A stretch of DNA of 50,048 nt. It comes from Escherichia phage vB_EcoS_IME347. Position 1 is the stretch's first letter. Every line of letters starts with the position of its first letter. The stretch lies in sequence record MH051918; one strand, written 5' to 3'. The notes under the pieces are model-generated. The model did no database searches. It had not been told where the DNA came from and was given only the letters and a program-made list of their open reading frames with translations. The translations under genes were made by a program, and so were the position numbers. Positions 30,085-39,472 of this stretch are shown here, one piece after another.

Positions 30085-30128
30085 AGTATAGCCCCGTTTC
30101 CGGGGCTTGTTTTAGCAATTCGTGCTGT
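30085..30128 (-). promoter_or_regulatory. box/-10 promoter cassette
   Basis: Read on the minus strand: ACAGCACGAATTGCTAAA. Inverted repeat GCCCCG/CGGGGC. 22 nt spacing to TATACT. Drives the secreted-protein gene. Confidence 0.6.
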
Positions 30129-30778
30129 CAGTTGTAACCTTGGAATCTGGCATAAGGAATCTTGAGCCGTCCACGGCCTGAGAATATCTCAGCGAAAGAC
30201 TTCTGGTTATTCCTTATCCATGTTGTTTGCAACTGCGATCCCGTCCATCTCATTAGGTTCCCCGAGTAGCCAACGGCGAAACCGTCGTCACTCCACTGCC
30301 CGAAGCAGTTATTCCATAGGAAAAACGGGTTGAATCCCGGCGTCACCGACACGACCCGACCCTCAAGGTTTACGTTTCCGGCAACGTCAAGGAATCCCAT
30401 AATTCGAGGCATTGTCGCAGCGCTCGCGGCAGACCAGACAAGATTCCCGCTGGCGTCGAAAACGTCCAAGTAGCCCGACACGTTGGGCTTGTTTCTTGAC
30501 GTCCTAATTACCCTGATCGAGTTCGGAACGAACAGGTTCGCGCCGGGATATCCCCAACCGTTATTGGCGGTGAACTGAATCCAGTATAGATAACCATCCT
30601 CCCGCTTGAAATTGTAGTTCAGATAAGCGAGGGAGCTTACATTTCCAAATGGAGTTGACACGTTGTAATCGCCTGTATTCAACATTCCGGGCGTAACGAT
30701 GGAATCGAAAATCGTGTGTTTCTGATCGGAGTTGATCAGGACTACCCCGGCGTCATTCAAAACCTCAAAACCTGACAT
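30128..30778 (-). CDS. putative tail fibre / receptor-binding accessory protein, 216 aa
   Basis: Track ORF with an AAGGGGGA RBS. The N-terminal motif GFEVLNDAGVVLINSD recurs inside the protein (DVFDASGNLVWSA) and in the next gene. Confidence 0.55.
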   Translation of the reverse strand: MSGFEVLNDAGVVLINSDQKHTIFDSIVTPGMLNTGDYNVSTPFGNVSSLAYLNYNFKREDGYLYWIQFTANNGWGYPGANLFVPNSIRVIRTSRNKPNVSGYLDVFDASGNLVWSAASAATMPRIMGFLDVAGNVNLEGRVVSVTPGFNPFFLWNNCFGQWSDDGFAVGYSGNLMRWTGSQLQTTWIRNNQKSFAEIFSGRGRLKIPYARFQGYN

Positions 30779-30787
30779 AATTCCCCC

Positions 30788-31096
30788 TTAGTTGAACATG
30801 TAGACTTCTACGTATAGCGTGAGATCCACCGATGGATTTCTCCCCGGAACGTAGATGATATCAATGCCTCCCGATCTGCACACGGGGGCGTAATCGGTAA
30901 CGTATGTCGCTCCGAGGTTCGCACCCATCACGGAGGCGAACGAATTCGAATCCGTCACTCCCGCGATATTTAGCTGAACCCTGTCAACCGATCGCGGAAA
31001 GCTGACATTATACCGCCCGACAAATCGGGTGCTGTAATCACCGAGATCGACAACGAGATTTCCCGAAGCGTCCCAACATTGCAAGCCAGCCGCCAT
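30788..31096 (-). CDS. putative tail fibre accessory protein, 102 aa
   Basis: Track ORF with a GGGAGGAAAA RBS. N-terminus GLQCWDASGNLVVDLGD is paralogous to the 30128-30778 product. Sigma70-like promoter 31128-31156 upstream. Confidence 0.55.
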   Translation of the reverse strand: MAAGLQCWDASGNLVVDLGDYSTRFVGRYNVSFPRSVDRVQLNIAGVTDSNSFASVMGANLGATYVTDYAPVCRSGGIDIIYVPGRNPSVDLTLYVEVYMFN

Positions 31097-31127
31097 AGCA
31101 TTTTCCTCCCAAAATTAATGAATACAC

Positions 31128-31156
31128 ATATTAGCTTTTTGCCCTCGGGGAGTCAA
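31128..31156 (-). promoter_or_regulatory. sigma70-like promoter TTGACT-17-TAATAT (leftward fibre-accessory operon)
   Basis: Read on the minus strand: TTGACT (31156-31151), a 17-nt spacer, TAATAT (31133-31128). About 30 nt before ATG 31096. Confidence 0.6.
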
Positions 31157-31344
31157 AGTTACAGATTTTGCGGTGTAACATCTGTCTACTTTTGTAACCA
31201 AAATGAGGCGTGACAAAATTCGCTCATTTTTTAATCAGCATGACGCACCTTAAGATATAGAAAACTCCTTATAATATATATAGATAGATATAAATTGTTA
31301 TTTTACCTTTTATATATAAATTAGAGGTGTAACCGTTGTATATA

Positions 31345-31368
31345 TTGTCACGGTGTATTTTGTGATGC
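31345..31368. repeat. 24-nt box ATTGTCACGG-N3-ATTTTGTGAYG, copy 1
   Basis: Inverted half-sites GTCAC-N10-GTGAT (31347-31366). Confidence 0.55.
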
Positions 31369-31497
31369 GCTCAATTTTCTACATCATAATCATGTGAATT
31401 CTGTATTGCGGTATTTTTCTATAAACACAGTTACATTGTATACAGTGGTTACGCCGCAATAAAACACGCCTCAAACGCTTGATATTTATGGACTCGC

Positions 31498-31522
31498 ATT
31501 GTCACGGGTAATTTTGTGACGC
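31498..31522. repeat. 24-nt box, copy 2 (perfect GTCAC-N10-GTGAC)
   Basis: GTCAC at 31501-31505 and GTGAC at 31516-31520. About 30 nt upstream of the -35 of promoter 31552-31579. Confidence 0.55.
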
Positions 31523-31551
31523 CCGAATACACTCATTGACATCGTTACAGG

Positions 31552-31579
31552 TTGACTAAATGCCGGGAATGGTTATACT
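31552..31579 (+). promoter_or_regulatory. sigma70-like promoter TTGACT-16-TATACT (exo-erf-ssb)
   Basis: TTGACT at 31552-31557 and TATACT at 31574-31579. About 30 nt before ATG 31610. Confidence 0.6.
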
Positions 31580-31609
31580 GTCCACATCATCAACGAAGGA
31601 GATAAACGA

Positions 31610-32686
31610 ATGTTCAAGGTATTCACGAATGACCAGCTTTCTAACGACGCATATCACGATCCTGAAGGTTGGGCGGCGGAGTACGTAAGCGGCTCAAGCC
31701 TCGCAGAAATCTTCAATACCTGCCCTGCGAACTGGCGGTTCAAGAAGAACGAGATCACAAAGGCTCTTGAGTTCGGTACTCAGTCACATACGAACTTCGA
31801 AAGCAAGGCTCTGTTTGAGGCGTCATATAAGCGCTGCCCTCACCCGAAAGAGTTTAAGGATCTGATTACGTCACAGTCGGCTCTCGCTGCGAAATTAAAA
31901 TCATTCGGCCTGAAAGGTACGAGCGGCAAGCAATATCCCGATCTGATTCGCATGATGGTTGATTGCGGTGAAATGCTCAACGTGCAATGGCTAATTGAAA
32001 TGATCGCGGAAGCGGAAGCGCGAGCGGAAGGAAAGAAACTTGTGGACGCCGAAGCATACGACGCTTGCGTAACAATGCGCCAAGTTCTGGAGAACATCCC
32101 CGAGCACAACGCTTGCATTAACAGCCCAACGGCGATGCATGAGGTTTCAATCTTCGGGGTGATTTCAGGAGTCAAAGTCAAGGTTCGCTTAGACCATCTG
32201 GATTTCGCGGAGAACGTTCAGGCGCGTGTCCTGACTGGTTTCAACAACGAAGGCGAACCAGAATACGAAGATGTGATTTACCCTGAAGCTCTCGTGATTA
32301 CCGATTTCAAGACAACCCAAAGCGCTAACCCGATGGAGTTCCCGAGGCTCGCGTTCAACCACGGCTACTACCTGAAAATGTCACTACAACATGACCTGCT
32401 CAAGCGAGCGATTCAGGCCGGAGCGTTCGAAGGGGTGAGCAAGGACATTCCTATTATCGTTCGCCTACTCGCTCAGGAGAAGAAAGAGCCTTATCTGCCT
32501 CTTGCGTACCGCATGACGATGGAGCAGATCAGGATCGGGCGTCAACAATATATCAGCGTTGTCCACACGTTTAAAGAGTGCTTGGAGTCAGACGTTTGGC
32601 CTTCATACGCTAACGGAGCGGCAGAGGTTGAACTGGAAACTCCGAAGTTCGTTCGCTACCAGTATGATTCACGTTGCAGCATGTAA
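31610..32686 (+). CDS. PD-(D/E)XK recombination exonuclease (RecE/Cas4-like), 358 aa
   Basis: The D...(D/E)xK pattern appears in VRLDHLD...VITDFKTTQS. Sits upstream of erf and ssb. Confidence 0.7.
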   Translation: MFKVFTNDQLSNDAYHDPEGWAAEYVSGSSLAEIFNTCPANWRFKKNEITKALEFGTQSHTNFESKALFEASYKRCPHPKEFKDLITSQSALAAKLKSFGLKGTSGKQYPDLIRMMVDCGEMLNVQWLIEMIAEAEARAEGKKLVDAEAYDACVTMRQVLENIPEHNACINSPTAMHEVSIFGVISGVKVKVRLDHLDFAENVQARVLTGFNNEGEPEYEDVIYPEALVITDFKTTQSANPMEFPRLAFNHGYYLKMSLQHDLLKRAIQAGAFEGVSKDIPIIVRLLAQEKKEPYLPLAYRMTMEQIRIGRQQYISVVHTFKECLESDVWPSYANGAAEVELETPKFVRYQYDSRCSM

Positions 32687-32729
32687 ACAGCACAAATAGC
32701 TAAACATGTAATTCTCGGGGTGTTATAAT
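32687..32729 (+). promoter_or_regulatory. box/-10 promoter cassette
   Basis: Box ACAGCACAAATAGCTAAA. Inverted repeat GGGGTG/CACCCC with TGtTATAAT in the loop. 21 nt spacing. Sits upstream of erf. Confidence 0.6.
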
Positions 32730-32767
32730 GCACCCCGTAGACAAGAAACCAATCAGGAGATAACGAA

Positions 32768-33421
32768 ATGATTCTTTCCCCACAGTCTGACCAAATCCTC
32801 CCGGCTCTGTTCAAGGCTCGCGGTAAATTCGTGAAGGCGAAGAAAGACCGACAAAACACCCACCTGAAAAACAAGTATGCAACGCTTGATTCCATGATGG
32901 ACGCCGTTACCCCGGCACTTACGGAAAACGGTATTATGATCATGCAATCCATGCTCGACACGAGCACGGACACAACCTTCCATCTGGAAACGATGCTGAT
33001 TCATGCGGAGAGCGGACAGTTTGCCCGGTTCTTTATGTCAATGCCGATCGCGAAGCGTGACCCTCAAGGCGTAGGCTCCGCAATGACTTATGCACGGCGA
33101 TACGGGTTGGCGGCGGCTCTCGGTATCAGTCAGGCGGACGACGACGCGCAGCTTGCCGTTAAGTCAGCGTCGGACTGGAAAAAGGATCTCGACGATTGCG
33201 AAACGTTCGACGAACTGAAAGACGTTTGGGCGAATGCCTTCCGCCAGTGTGACGCAGCGAACAGAACCATCGTTCAAGATCACTACAACCAACTGAAGGC
33301 GAAATTCGAAGTCGGCAAGGCTCGTCCGTTCGCCCCGGCGCAAAAGCCGAAGGTTGAAAAACAGGTTGAACCTGAGCAGCGCAAGCCTGTACAATCTCAA
33401 TCAATCGAAGGTTTCGAATAA
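32768..33421 (+). CDS. erf: Erf-family single-strand annealing protein, 217 aa
   Basis: KNKYATLDSMMDAVTPALTENGI and MTYARRYGL are typical ERF-family motifs. Confidence 0.8.
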   Translation: MILSPQSDQILPALFKARGKFVKAKKDRQNTHLKNKYATLDSMMDAVTPALTENGIMIMQSMLDTSTDTTFHLETMLIHAESGQFARFFMSMPIAKRDPQGVGSAMTYARRYGLAAALGISQADDDAQLAVKSASDWKKDLDDCETFDELKDVWANAFRQCDAANRTIVQDHYNQLKAKFEVGKARPFAPAQKPKVEKQVEPEQRKPVQSQSIEGFE

Positions 33422-33468
33422 TATCAACCGGGCGGGTAACACCGCCCTTTATCATGAGGTGAAAAAAT

Positions 33469-33885
33469 ATGCACGTTATCACAGGCGAGATCCGAAAAGC
33501 TCCATTCGTAAAGCAGCAACCAAACGGAAATCTGTATATCATCGAACTGTCCGAGCGATACAAGCCGGGACGCGATGCGGCTGCGGAGTACACGAACTAT
33601 AAGTTCTTCTTCAATGACGGCGGCAGACAAGCGATCGCAGATTGGTACGCCGAAGCATTCCAGCAGGGCAAGGTTATTTCAGTGTCGTGTGAAGTCCTGA
33701 AAGCCGAAGTTCGCGATCACGAAGGCAAGACCTACGTTACCCTTATGCCGGGCGACTTCCCGAAATTGCTCTTCAGTCAGCGAGGCGGTAGCGCTCCGCA
33801 GCAATCACAACAACGCCAGCAGTCGCAGCCTCAGCAACGACAGCCGCAGCAACAACAAAACTTCGACGACGATATCCCGTTCTAA
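33469..33885 (+). CDS. ssb: single-stranded DNA-binding protein, 138 aa
   Basis: OB-fold-sized N-terminal part, a Gln/Pro-rich linker, and the canonical acidic tip DDDIPF at the C-terminus. Confidence 0.85.
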   Translation: MHVITGEIRKAPFVKQQPNGNLYIIELSERYKPGRDAAAEYTNYKFFFNDGGRQAIADWYAEAFQQGKVISVSCEVLKAEVRDHEGKTYVTLMPGDFPKLLFSQRGGSAPQQSQQRQQSQPQQRQPQQQQNFDDDIPF

Positions 33886-33911
33886 TAAAAAAGCCCCCAA
33901 TCGGGGGCTTT
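33886..33911. terminator. bidirectional terminator between ssb and the tail fibre gene
   Basis: A6, then GCCCCC-aatc-GGGGGC, then TTT. Confidence 0.75.
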
Positions 33912-33914
33912 CTG

Positions 33915-35780
33915 CTATCTCGCCTTCAGTAAGTCAGCGACAAGTGTTTTAAGATCCTCAACCTCACTTTCAAGCTTGCTGATTCTCTCCTTGTTTTCAA
34001 CGTCACGCGCACGAAGCGCCTTGATTGCAGCCATGCTATCAGTTACTAACGGGTTGAGATCTAAGCACATCATCCCAGGCGTGTTACCGTTAATGTGAAC
34101 ATATTCTTTATCGATCTTCATTACCTGCTGTGCGATAACACCTCTACGGGCAGACCTTTCAGGCGAATCAAAGGTGTATTTGAACAGCTTGAAATCCATG
34201 CGATTGATATTGTCAAGCGCCGACTCAATGTTCATACTGCCTTTGATATCCTTGACTCGCTCGTCAGAAGTTCCCGCTATCTGAAGCTGATTCCAAGGAA
34301 CTTGTGATTTTGGGGTTTGCGGGTTTCCAGTTTGCAGCCAACGACAATATGCGTTCCCCGATGGGTTTACCATAAATTGCGCCAATCTTGCAGGATCATA
34401 ACATGCTTGAAATCCAGCACCATTTGACGCAGCCCACAAAGTCCCGCCGTCATTCTCGGAAAAGAAGGAGTTTGCTGAAACGGTCGGCCTCGCGGCGTAC
34501 TGATATCCAACTCCATAATCCCCCTCAATTACCGATTTATTCCAATTACCCCACCCTAAACTAGGCGTGTAGAATCTAGCAACCCACCTGCCGTTATCGT
34601 CAAGCTGAGCCTGATAAACATCATTAACTCGCCTCATTACAATTCCGGGAGCATACGGCCTTGCATAGTTAACTCCGGGTATGCCAGCACCAGCGAAAAA
34701 TCCGTTTCTTTGAAGGTCGTTTGCGTTGTTTGGCGCGATCACTCCAGTGGTATTCAATCCGAATTCGTCTAATTTGTTGCTGATTCGATTGTCGACTTGA
34801 TTTGATGATTCAAATTTAACCCACGAAGTCCAGTTTACAGTAGAGCCTGACGGCATGCCTCGCCGCTTGTAAAATTCATCGGCGTTGTACGGGTGATAAA
34901 TTTGCGTCGCCTCATTCGCCCCGTTCGCGCCACTATAAAGCACAACGAGAACACCAGCCGCTTGCACTGGATAGTTATTCGCTGGAGTGGCGTTAGCCGT
35001 TGCCGCATTCAAGTGAAACCCTACGTTAGCATAACCAACTTTTGTGTTTAGATTTTCGCTTGCCGTCAGACTTTCGCGCGGCACGAATGGCACTTCAAGG
35101 TTATACCTTGCCGTAACCTTATTTAGCAGATCTGCAAGGTTCTGATCCTTCTTCATGAACGTGTTTGGCTGAAGTGAGTCAGCGTAACCTTTCGCGCGAT
35201 TGGCCTCGTTAGTTGCAGCCGTCGCCTTCTGGCTCGCCGTTGTCGCACTTCCAGATGCAGCCTGCGCTGATGATGCTGCGGCTTGCTGTGCAGATTGAGC
35301 CTGATTCCTTGCTGTTTCCGCACCTGTCTTTGCGTTGTTCGCTGCCGTTGCGCTTGATGCGGCGTTGTTCTTAAAGCCTTCCGCATCGTTTCGGAATTTC
35401 TGAGTCTGATTTTTCAGATCGATTAATTGCTGAAGATCGAAGTTTTCAAAGAATTCCAAAGCCTCTTCGATCTGTGTTTCTTTGCCCTGATAGTAACGCA
35501 AGGTTTCCGCAACGTCCTGCGCCATTCCGTCAACCGTCAGCGAATCACTGAGCAGGATCACATAATTCCCGTTCGGAACCGCCGAGCCGTCAGTTGAAAT
35601 AGCCGTCATTGAAGTGTCGCTTACGATCGTGTTAATCACCGCCAGCTTAATTGGACTCGTAAGGAATACGATCGTTGCACCAGTGCGAATCAAGGAAAGA
35701 GGCTCTTTCCACTTCGTCCCGGTGCCTGTAATGTTGCCTTGAGCGTCCATCGACGCCGTTCCATTTCTGTATAAAGCCAT
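33915..35780 (-). CDS. tail fibre with C-terminal intramolecular chaperone (peptidase S74-like), 621 aa
   Basis: Ala/Gln-rich coiled region. C-terminal ...[12 protein letters not shown]...[12 protein letters not shown]...GVIAQQV... and a terminal coiled coil are typical of self-cleaving S74 chaperone domains. Confidence 0.8.
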   Translation of the reverse strand: MALYRNGTASMDAQGNITGTGTKWKEPLSLIRTGATIVFLTSPIKLAVINTIVSDTSMTAISTDGSAVPNGNYVILLSDSLTVDGMAQDVAETLRYYQGKETQIEEALEFFENFDLQQLIDLKNQTQKFRNDAEGFKNNAASSATAANNAKTGAETARNQAQSAQQAAASSAQAASGSATTASQKATAATNEANRAKGYADSLQPNTFMKKDQNLADLLNKVTARYNLEVPFVPRESLTASENLNTKVGYANVGFHLNAATANATPANNYPVQAAGVLVVLYSGANGANEATQIYHPYNADEFYKRRGMPSGSTVNWTSWVKFESSNQVDNRISNKLDEFGLNTTGVIAPNNANDLQRNGFFAGAGIPGVNYARPYAPGIVMRRVNDVYQAQLDDNGRWVARFYTPSLGWGNWNKSVIEGDYGVGYQYAARPTVSANSFFSENDGGTLWAASNGAGFQACYDPARLAQFMVNPSGNAYCRWLQTGNPQTPKSQVPWNQLQIAGTSDERVKDIKGSMNIESALDNINRMDFKLFKYTFDSPERSARRGVIAQQVMKIDKEYVHINGNTPGMMCLDLNPLVTDSMAAIKALRARDVENKERISKLESEVEDLKTLVADLLKAR

Positions 35781-35798
35781 GGTAAATCCTCCAAGTAA

Positions 35799-35816
35799 AT
35801 AGCACTAATTGCTAAG
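35799..35816 (+). promoter_or_regulatory. box copy between two leftward genes, abutting the tail fibre RBS
   Basis: ATAGCACTAATTGCTAAG on the plus strand. Read leftward, it is CTTAGCAATTAGTGCTAT followed by TTACTTGGAGG and the ATG. Confidence 0.4.
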
Positions 35817-35879
35817 CACCGATTTTATCATTGTGGTATGCGCCCGGCAATAGGGCAATAAAAAACCCGCCGAAGCGGG

Positions 35880-36824
35880 TTAGATTAAATCCGATGCCTG
35901 ATAAAGCTTGCGTTCCATTCCTGACCGGAAACCTCCCGGATTCGGGATTATCACCTTCAACTCCCGATCGTCCGCCATATACAGAGCTTCCTTATCATCC
36001 GGCGAACATGCAACGCGCAACTCCCTTCCTCCTCTGTACCTGTATGCAACCATTTCCAGATTGGCAGGGGTGAAGCACGTCCACACCTCCTGCCCCGTCG
36101 CAAGGTGTACTCGCTGCGAGTCAATCCAATCAACGCAAAGGTAAATCGCCTTCTCAGTAGAACCTGTCACGGCAACCGATCCGGCAGTGTGCTTCCTTGC
36201 ATAGAACGACTGCTCCCCCTCCTCATTAATGAATAGGATATTGCAAAACTCGTCGTCCAATTCATCTTCATGAACAAGGTGGCATGGAATGGCATGAATT
36301 ACCGATTCTCCGCCATTCTCCAGCGACTTCACGCCTACGGAGTACATCTTATCATCTGGTAGGAAGATCCCCTCATACGTGCTCAGTGGCGTCGTAGGGC
36401 GTAGTTCTGTCCTTTCCATTACAGCCGCGCAAGCCTCATGCTCTGCGATCGCAGCATTCACTACGGCAACCGGAGTGCGGCGAGCCTTTTTATTCGCCTT
36501 GACAATATACTCCTGCGGAACTTTACCCAAGAATCTCCCGGCAATATTGATTGCTTCGCTGTAGTCAGACCCGGAGAGTTTCATTAGCCAGCCGATACCC
36601 GTGTCGTTACCGCACGAGTTGCACACCGCGCCGCCGTCGCCCGGCTCATTTAGTTTATCAGTCCAGCGAAATCGATCTTTACCTCCGCAGTTTGGGCAAG
36701 GCTGGTGTTTCTTGTTAAAAACGTCGTTAGGTAGTCCGCAAACACTCTGCAAGATCTCACGCCACAGCCCTTTCATGTACGGAAGAACATCTTCTTTCTG
36801 GTACTGCATAAAGTTCTCGTTCAC
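35880..36824 (-). CDS. DNA primase (zinc-ribbon + Toprim-like), 314 aa
   Basis: HQPCPNCGGKDRFRW...CNSCG is a P4-alpha-type primase zinc ribbon. GTG start after GGAGA. Cassette 36857-36900 upstream. Confidence 0.75.
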   Translation of the reverse strand: MNENFMQYQKEDVLPYMKGLWREILQSVCGLPNDVFNKKHQPCPNCGGKDRFRWTDKLNEPGDGGAVCNSCGNDTGIGWLMKLSGSDYSEAINIAGRFLGKVPQEYIVKANKKARRTPVAVVNAAIAEHEACAAVMERTELRPTTPLSTYEGIFLPDDKMYSVGVKSLENGGESVIHAIPCHLVHEDELDDEFCNILFINEEGEQSFYARKHTAGSVAVTGSTEKAIYLCVDWIDSQRVHLATGQEVWTCFTPANLEMVAYRYRGGRELRVACSPDDKEALYMADDRELKVIIPNPGGFRSGMERKLYQASDLI

Positions 36825-36839
36825 TGAATTATCTCCAAT

Positions 36840-36873
36840 AAAAAACGCGTAACAGGAGTTTACCCGCTACGCG
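36840..36873 (-). terminator. terminator-like hairpin enclosing the primase -10
   Basis: Read on the minus strand: CGCGTA, a 16-nt loop, TACGCG, then T6 and ATTGGAG. Confidence 0.45.
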
Positions 36874-36900
36874 CTTTTGTGTTTTAGCTATTTGTGCTCT
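36857..36900 (-). promoter_or_regulatory. box/-10 promoter cassette (primase)
   Basis: Read on the minus strand: AGAGCACAAATAGCTAAA. 22 nt spacing to TAAACT. The hexamer lies in the loop of CGCGTA/TACGCG, which is followed by T6. Confidence 0.55.
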
Positions 36901-37327
36901 CGACTTCATCCTTTCGAACTACGCGCATGAACTTGCGGTTCTTGCATCGTTTTTCAAGGCACTTTCCGTTAGAGTCGAACTTGAGATCGAATCGCAGCCA
37001 GCTTGCGCGATACCCGGTACAACCCTGACGACGATACGCGCGATGCGCCGCCTCCGCTCCCTGCCAAGAAATCATGCCGCGAACTTTCCATTCGTTCACA
37101 TTCTGATTTGTTACCTTCAGGGCTTTCGCCGTGGCGGAGGGGGAGCCGTAGAATTCGATCAGGGCGTCAAGTCTGGCGCGTAGTCCGGCGCGAACCTCAT
37201 CTTTCAGGATGTAGAATCCGCATCGCTTGCGAGGCTTTACATCTTTGCCCCGTCGTGTACCATTGTTCCCGTTCAGGTGACGACGATCGATTTCCCCGGT
37301 TGATTCTGCAATACGCTTGATTGTCAT
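36884..37327 (-). CDS. HTH DNA-binding protein (YdaS/Cro-like) with basic Cys-containing C-terminus, 147 aa
   Basis: SATAKALKVTNQNVNEWKVRGMISWQGAEAAH resembles the YdaS/Cro-type HTH. Its last codons (AGC ACA AAT AGC TAA) form box 36883-36900. Confidence 0.55.
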   Translation of the reverse strand: MTIKRIAESTGEIDRRHLNGNNGTRRGKDVKPRKRCGFYILKDEVRAGLRARLDALIEFYGSPSATAKALKVTNQNVNEWKVRGMISWQGAEAAHRAYRRQGCTGYRASWLRFDLKFDSNGKCLEKRCKNRKFMRVVRKDEVESTNS

Positions 37328-37340
37328 AATAAATTCCTCA

Positions 37341-37383
37341 ATAGCACTTTTTGTTAAAACTAACTAATCGATGCGTGTATTAT
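37341..37383 (+). promoter_or_regulatory. box/-10 promoter cassette (helicase)
   Basis: Box ATAGCACTTTTTGTTAAA. 21 nt spacing to TATTAT (37378-37383). Inverted repeat GCGTG/CGCAC. Confidence 0.55.
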
Positions 37384-37387
37384 ACAG
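37379..37387 (-). promoter_or_regulatory. CTGTATAAT -10-like nonamer (leftward, HTH gene)
   Basis: Reverse complement of ATTATACAG. Overlaps the rightward TATTAT of the helicase cassette. Confidence 0.4.
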
Positions 37388-37420
37388 TCAACGCACGAGT
37401 AACGCAAAGGATTAAGAACA

Positions 37421-39472
37421 GTGAAAATCACCCAAGAGACACGAGAGTATTTCCGCACTCAAAACATTAAAAAACAGATCGCAATGCTCGGGGAGGATTA
37501 CATCCGACGCACTCAGGAGCGCTTCCGGGTTGGCGATATCACCCCTTACGAATATCAGGTTGCGGCATACTTTGAGATCGCGAAGCGACTCGGGAAAGAG
37601 TACGAACATCCATTTTACGTAAAAGCCTCAGTATCTGCGGGCAAGACGATTATCTTCGCGATGGTGGCGAAACAATGTCAGGCGATGGGGCTGAAAATGC
37701 TCGTTCTCGCTCGTCAAGGTGAGATTGTGGATCAGGACAGTGAGGAGATTGACAACTTCGGAGTTCCGAATTCCATCTTCTCCGCATCGCTCGGAATCAA
37801 GTCCTGCCACTTCCCGATCGTGGTTGGCTCCGAAGGTACTGTAGGCAATGGCCTGTTCAATGAGTTATCCGATTTTGTCCCGCACGTAATCGGGATCGAT
37901 GAATGTCACCAAGTCGATTGGGAGGACGTGGCGAAGGCGATCGAAGGCAAAGAGTCCTATGCGCAAATGACCACGGATAAGGGATCTATCGTAATGGACG
38001 GCGATATTCCTCTGATTGGTGATGATGGATTGCCAGTTACCGGAACGAAGCGTTCTCAGTACACCGTAATCATCGTCGAAATGATGCGCCGTTGCCGGGA
38101 GAGATACGGGCATGAGTTGCGCGTGTTTGGCATGACGGGATCGGAGTATCGCGGCGTCGTTCCAATTCTCGTTGAGAACAAAAAGCTCGTTGGCTTCTGG
38201 CGTGAGCAGGTGACGAACATTGACACGAACTACCTGATTGAGTTCGGCTCAGTTGTCCCAACCGTGTTTGGCTCAACCGAGGGGGTTCATTACGATCTCG
38301 ACAAGTTCAAGGCGAGCGCCGAAGATGGTGTGTCGGACTTCTCAGAGAAAGAAATGAAGGCGATGGAGGCCGAAATCGTCAAGGATAAATCCTTGACCGA
38401 GAAGATTATGAAGATGGTTGCGAAGGAGGCGGAGAAGCGCAACGCCGTGCTTATCACCTGCGCCGGGCAGCGCCATTGCAAAGAAGCTGCGGCGGCATTG
38501 CCGCCGGGAAGCACTTACGCGATCATTACGGACAAGACAAGCCCGAAAGCACGACAGAAGATTTTGGACGACGTTCGCGCCGGGAAAATCAAGTACACCT
38601 TTCAGGTAATGGCGTTAACGACGGGCGTAAACGTTCCGAATTGGGACTTCTCCGTTATCCTACGCAAGATCGGCTCGCTGACATTGCTGATTCAGCTTTT
38701 AGGGCGCGGAATGCGACTGCTGAAGAAATGGCAAATTGAGCAGGGAATGGTTAAGACTGACCATCTTGTATGGGACTTCGCCGGAACTATGGACGAGTTG
38801 GGGCAGCTTTATTTCGATCCAATTTTGGAACAAGCTCAATATCAGCGCCGTTTCGAAAACGGGAAAGACCCGAAGAAATGCGAATTATGCGGTCACGAAA
38901 ACAGCTTCTATGCGCGTCGTTGCGTGAACGTTATCAACGGCCAGCGCTGTGAGCACTTCTGGACATATCAGACCTGTGAAGATCAGGTAGACGAGAAAAC
39001 AAACAAGGTTCTCGTTAAGGGCTGCGGGGCGAAAAACGACGTGGTAGCGCGTGTTTGCCGTTGCTGTGACGTATCGCTTGTCGATCCTAACCTGAAGTTA
39101 TCCGGCAAGGCGTACACGAAAAACGATTGGTACGACGTGAAACACTTCGAAGTTAAGTTGACGAAAAACCAAAAGGGGATAATATTCCATTACGTCCTTG
39201 ATAATGGCGAGGGTGAATTTAATGCATACGAAAAATTCTTCCCGGAGTCCGATGCGAAAGTGTGCGGGACGCTGTGGAAAACGAAAGGTGTATTGCCGCA
39301 CGTATTCGATCCGAAGATGCGCAAATACTTCATTGGGATGAAGAAAGCAATCAAGATCCTGCAATACGCACACCACATTAAAGCGCCTGTTAGAGTCACT
39401 CACCGCCGCAACGCGAAGAAAGAGGACTTAATCAGCCGCAAAGATTTCGGAATGGAGGAAATTCCAGAATGA
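37421..39472 (+). CDS. SF2 DNA helicase with C-terminal zinc ribbons, 683 aa
   Basis: Walker A in SVSAGKT and DEAH-like motif II in GIDECH. Motif VI region LLGRGMR. C-terminal CELCG...C..C and CRCC clusters. GTG start. Confidence 0.85.
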   Translation: MKITQETREYFRTQNIKKQIAMLGEDYIRRTQERFRVGDITPYEYQVAAYFEIAKRLGKEYEHPFYVKASVSAGKTIIFAMVAKQCQAMGLKMLVLARQGEIVDQDSEEIDNFGVPNSIFSASLGIKSCHFPIVVGSEGTVGNGLFNELSDFVPHVIGIDECHQVDWEDVAKAIEGKESYAQMTTDKGSIVMDGDIPLIGDDGLPVTGTKRSQYTVIIVEMMRRCRERYGHELRVFGMTGSEYRGVVPILVENKKLVGFWREQVTNIDTNYLIEFGSVVPTVFGSTEGVHYDLDKFKASAEDGVSDFSEKEMKAMEAEIVKDKSLTEKIMKMVAKEAEKRNAVLITCAGQRHCKEAAAALPPGSTYAIITDKTSPKARQKILDDVRAGKIKYTFQVMALTTGVNVPNWDFSVILRKIGSLTLLIQLLGRGMRLLKKWQIEQGMVKTDHLVWDFAGTMDELGQLYFDPILEQAQYQRRFENGKDPKKCELCGHENSFYARRCVNVINGQRCEHFWTYQTCEDQVDEKTNKVLVKGCGAKNDVVARVCRCCDVSLVDPNLKLSGKAYTKNDWYDVKHFEVKLTKNQKGIIFHYVLDNGEGEFNAYEKFFPESDAKVCGTLWKTKGVLPHVFDPKMRKYFIGMKKAIKILQYAHHIKAPVRVTHRRNAKKEDLISRKDFGMEEIPE

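Larger units (their letters stand above)
31182..31529. repeat. control region copy B (colinear with 70-418)
   Basis: The same boxes occur at 31182, 31207, 31307, 31423-31470, 31473 and 31517. Spacings 25 nt (box 1 to box 2) and 216 nt (box 2 to the 48-nt box) are identical to copy A. Confidence 0.7.
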
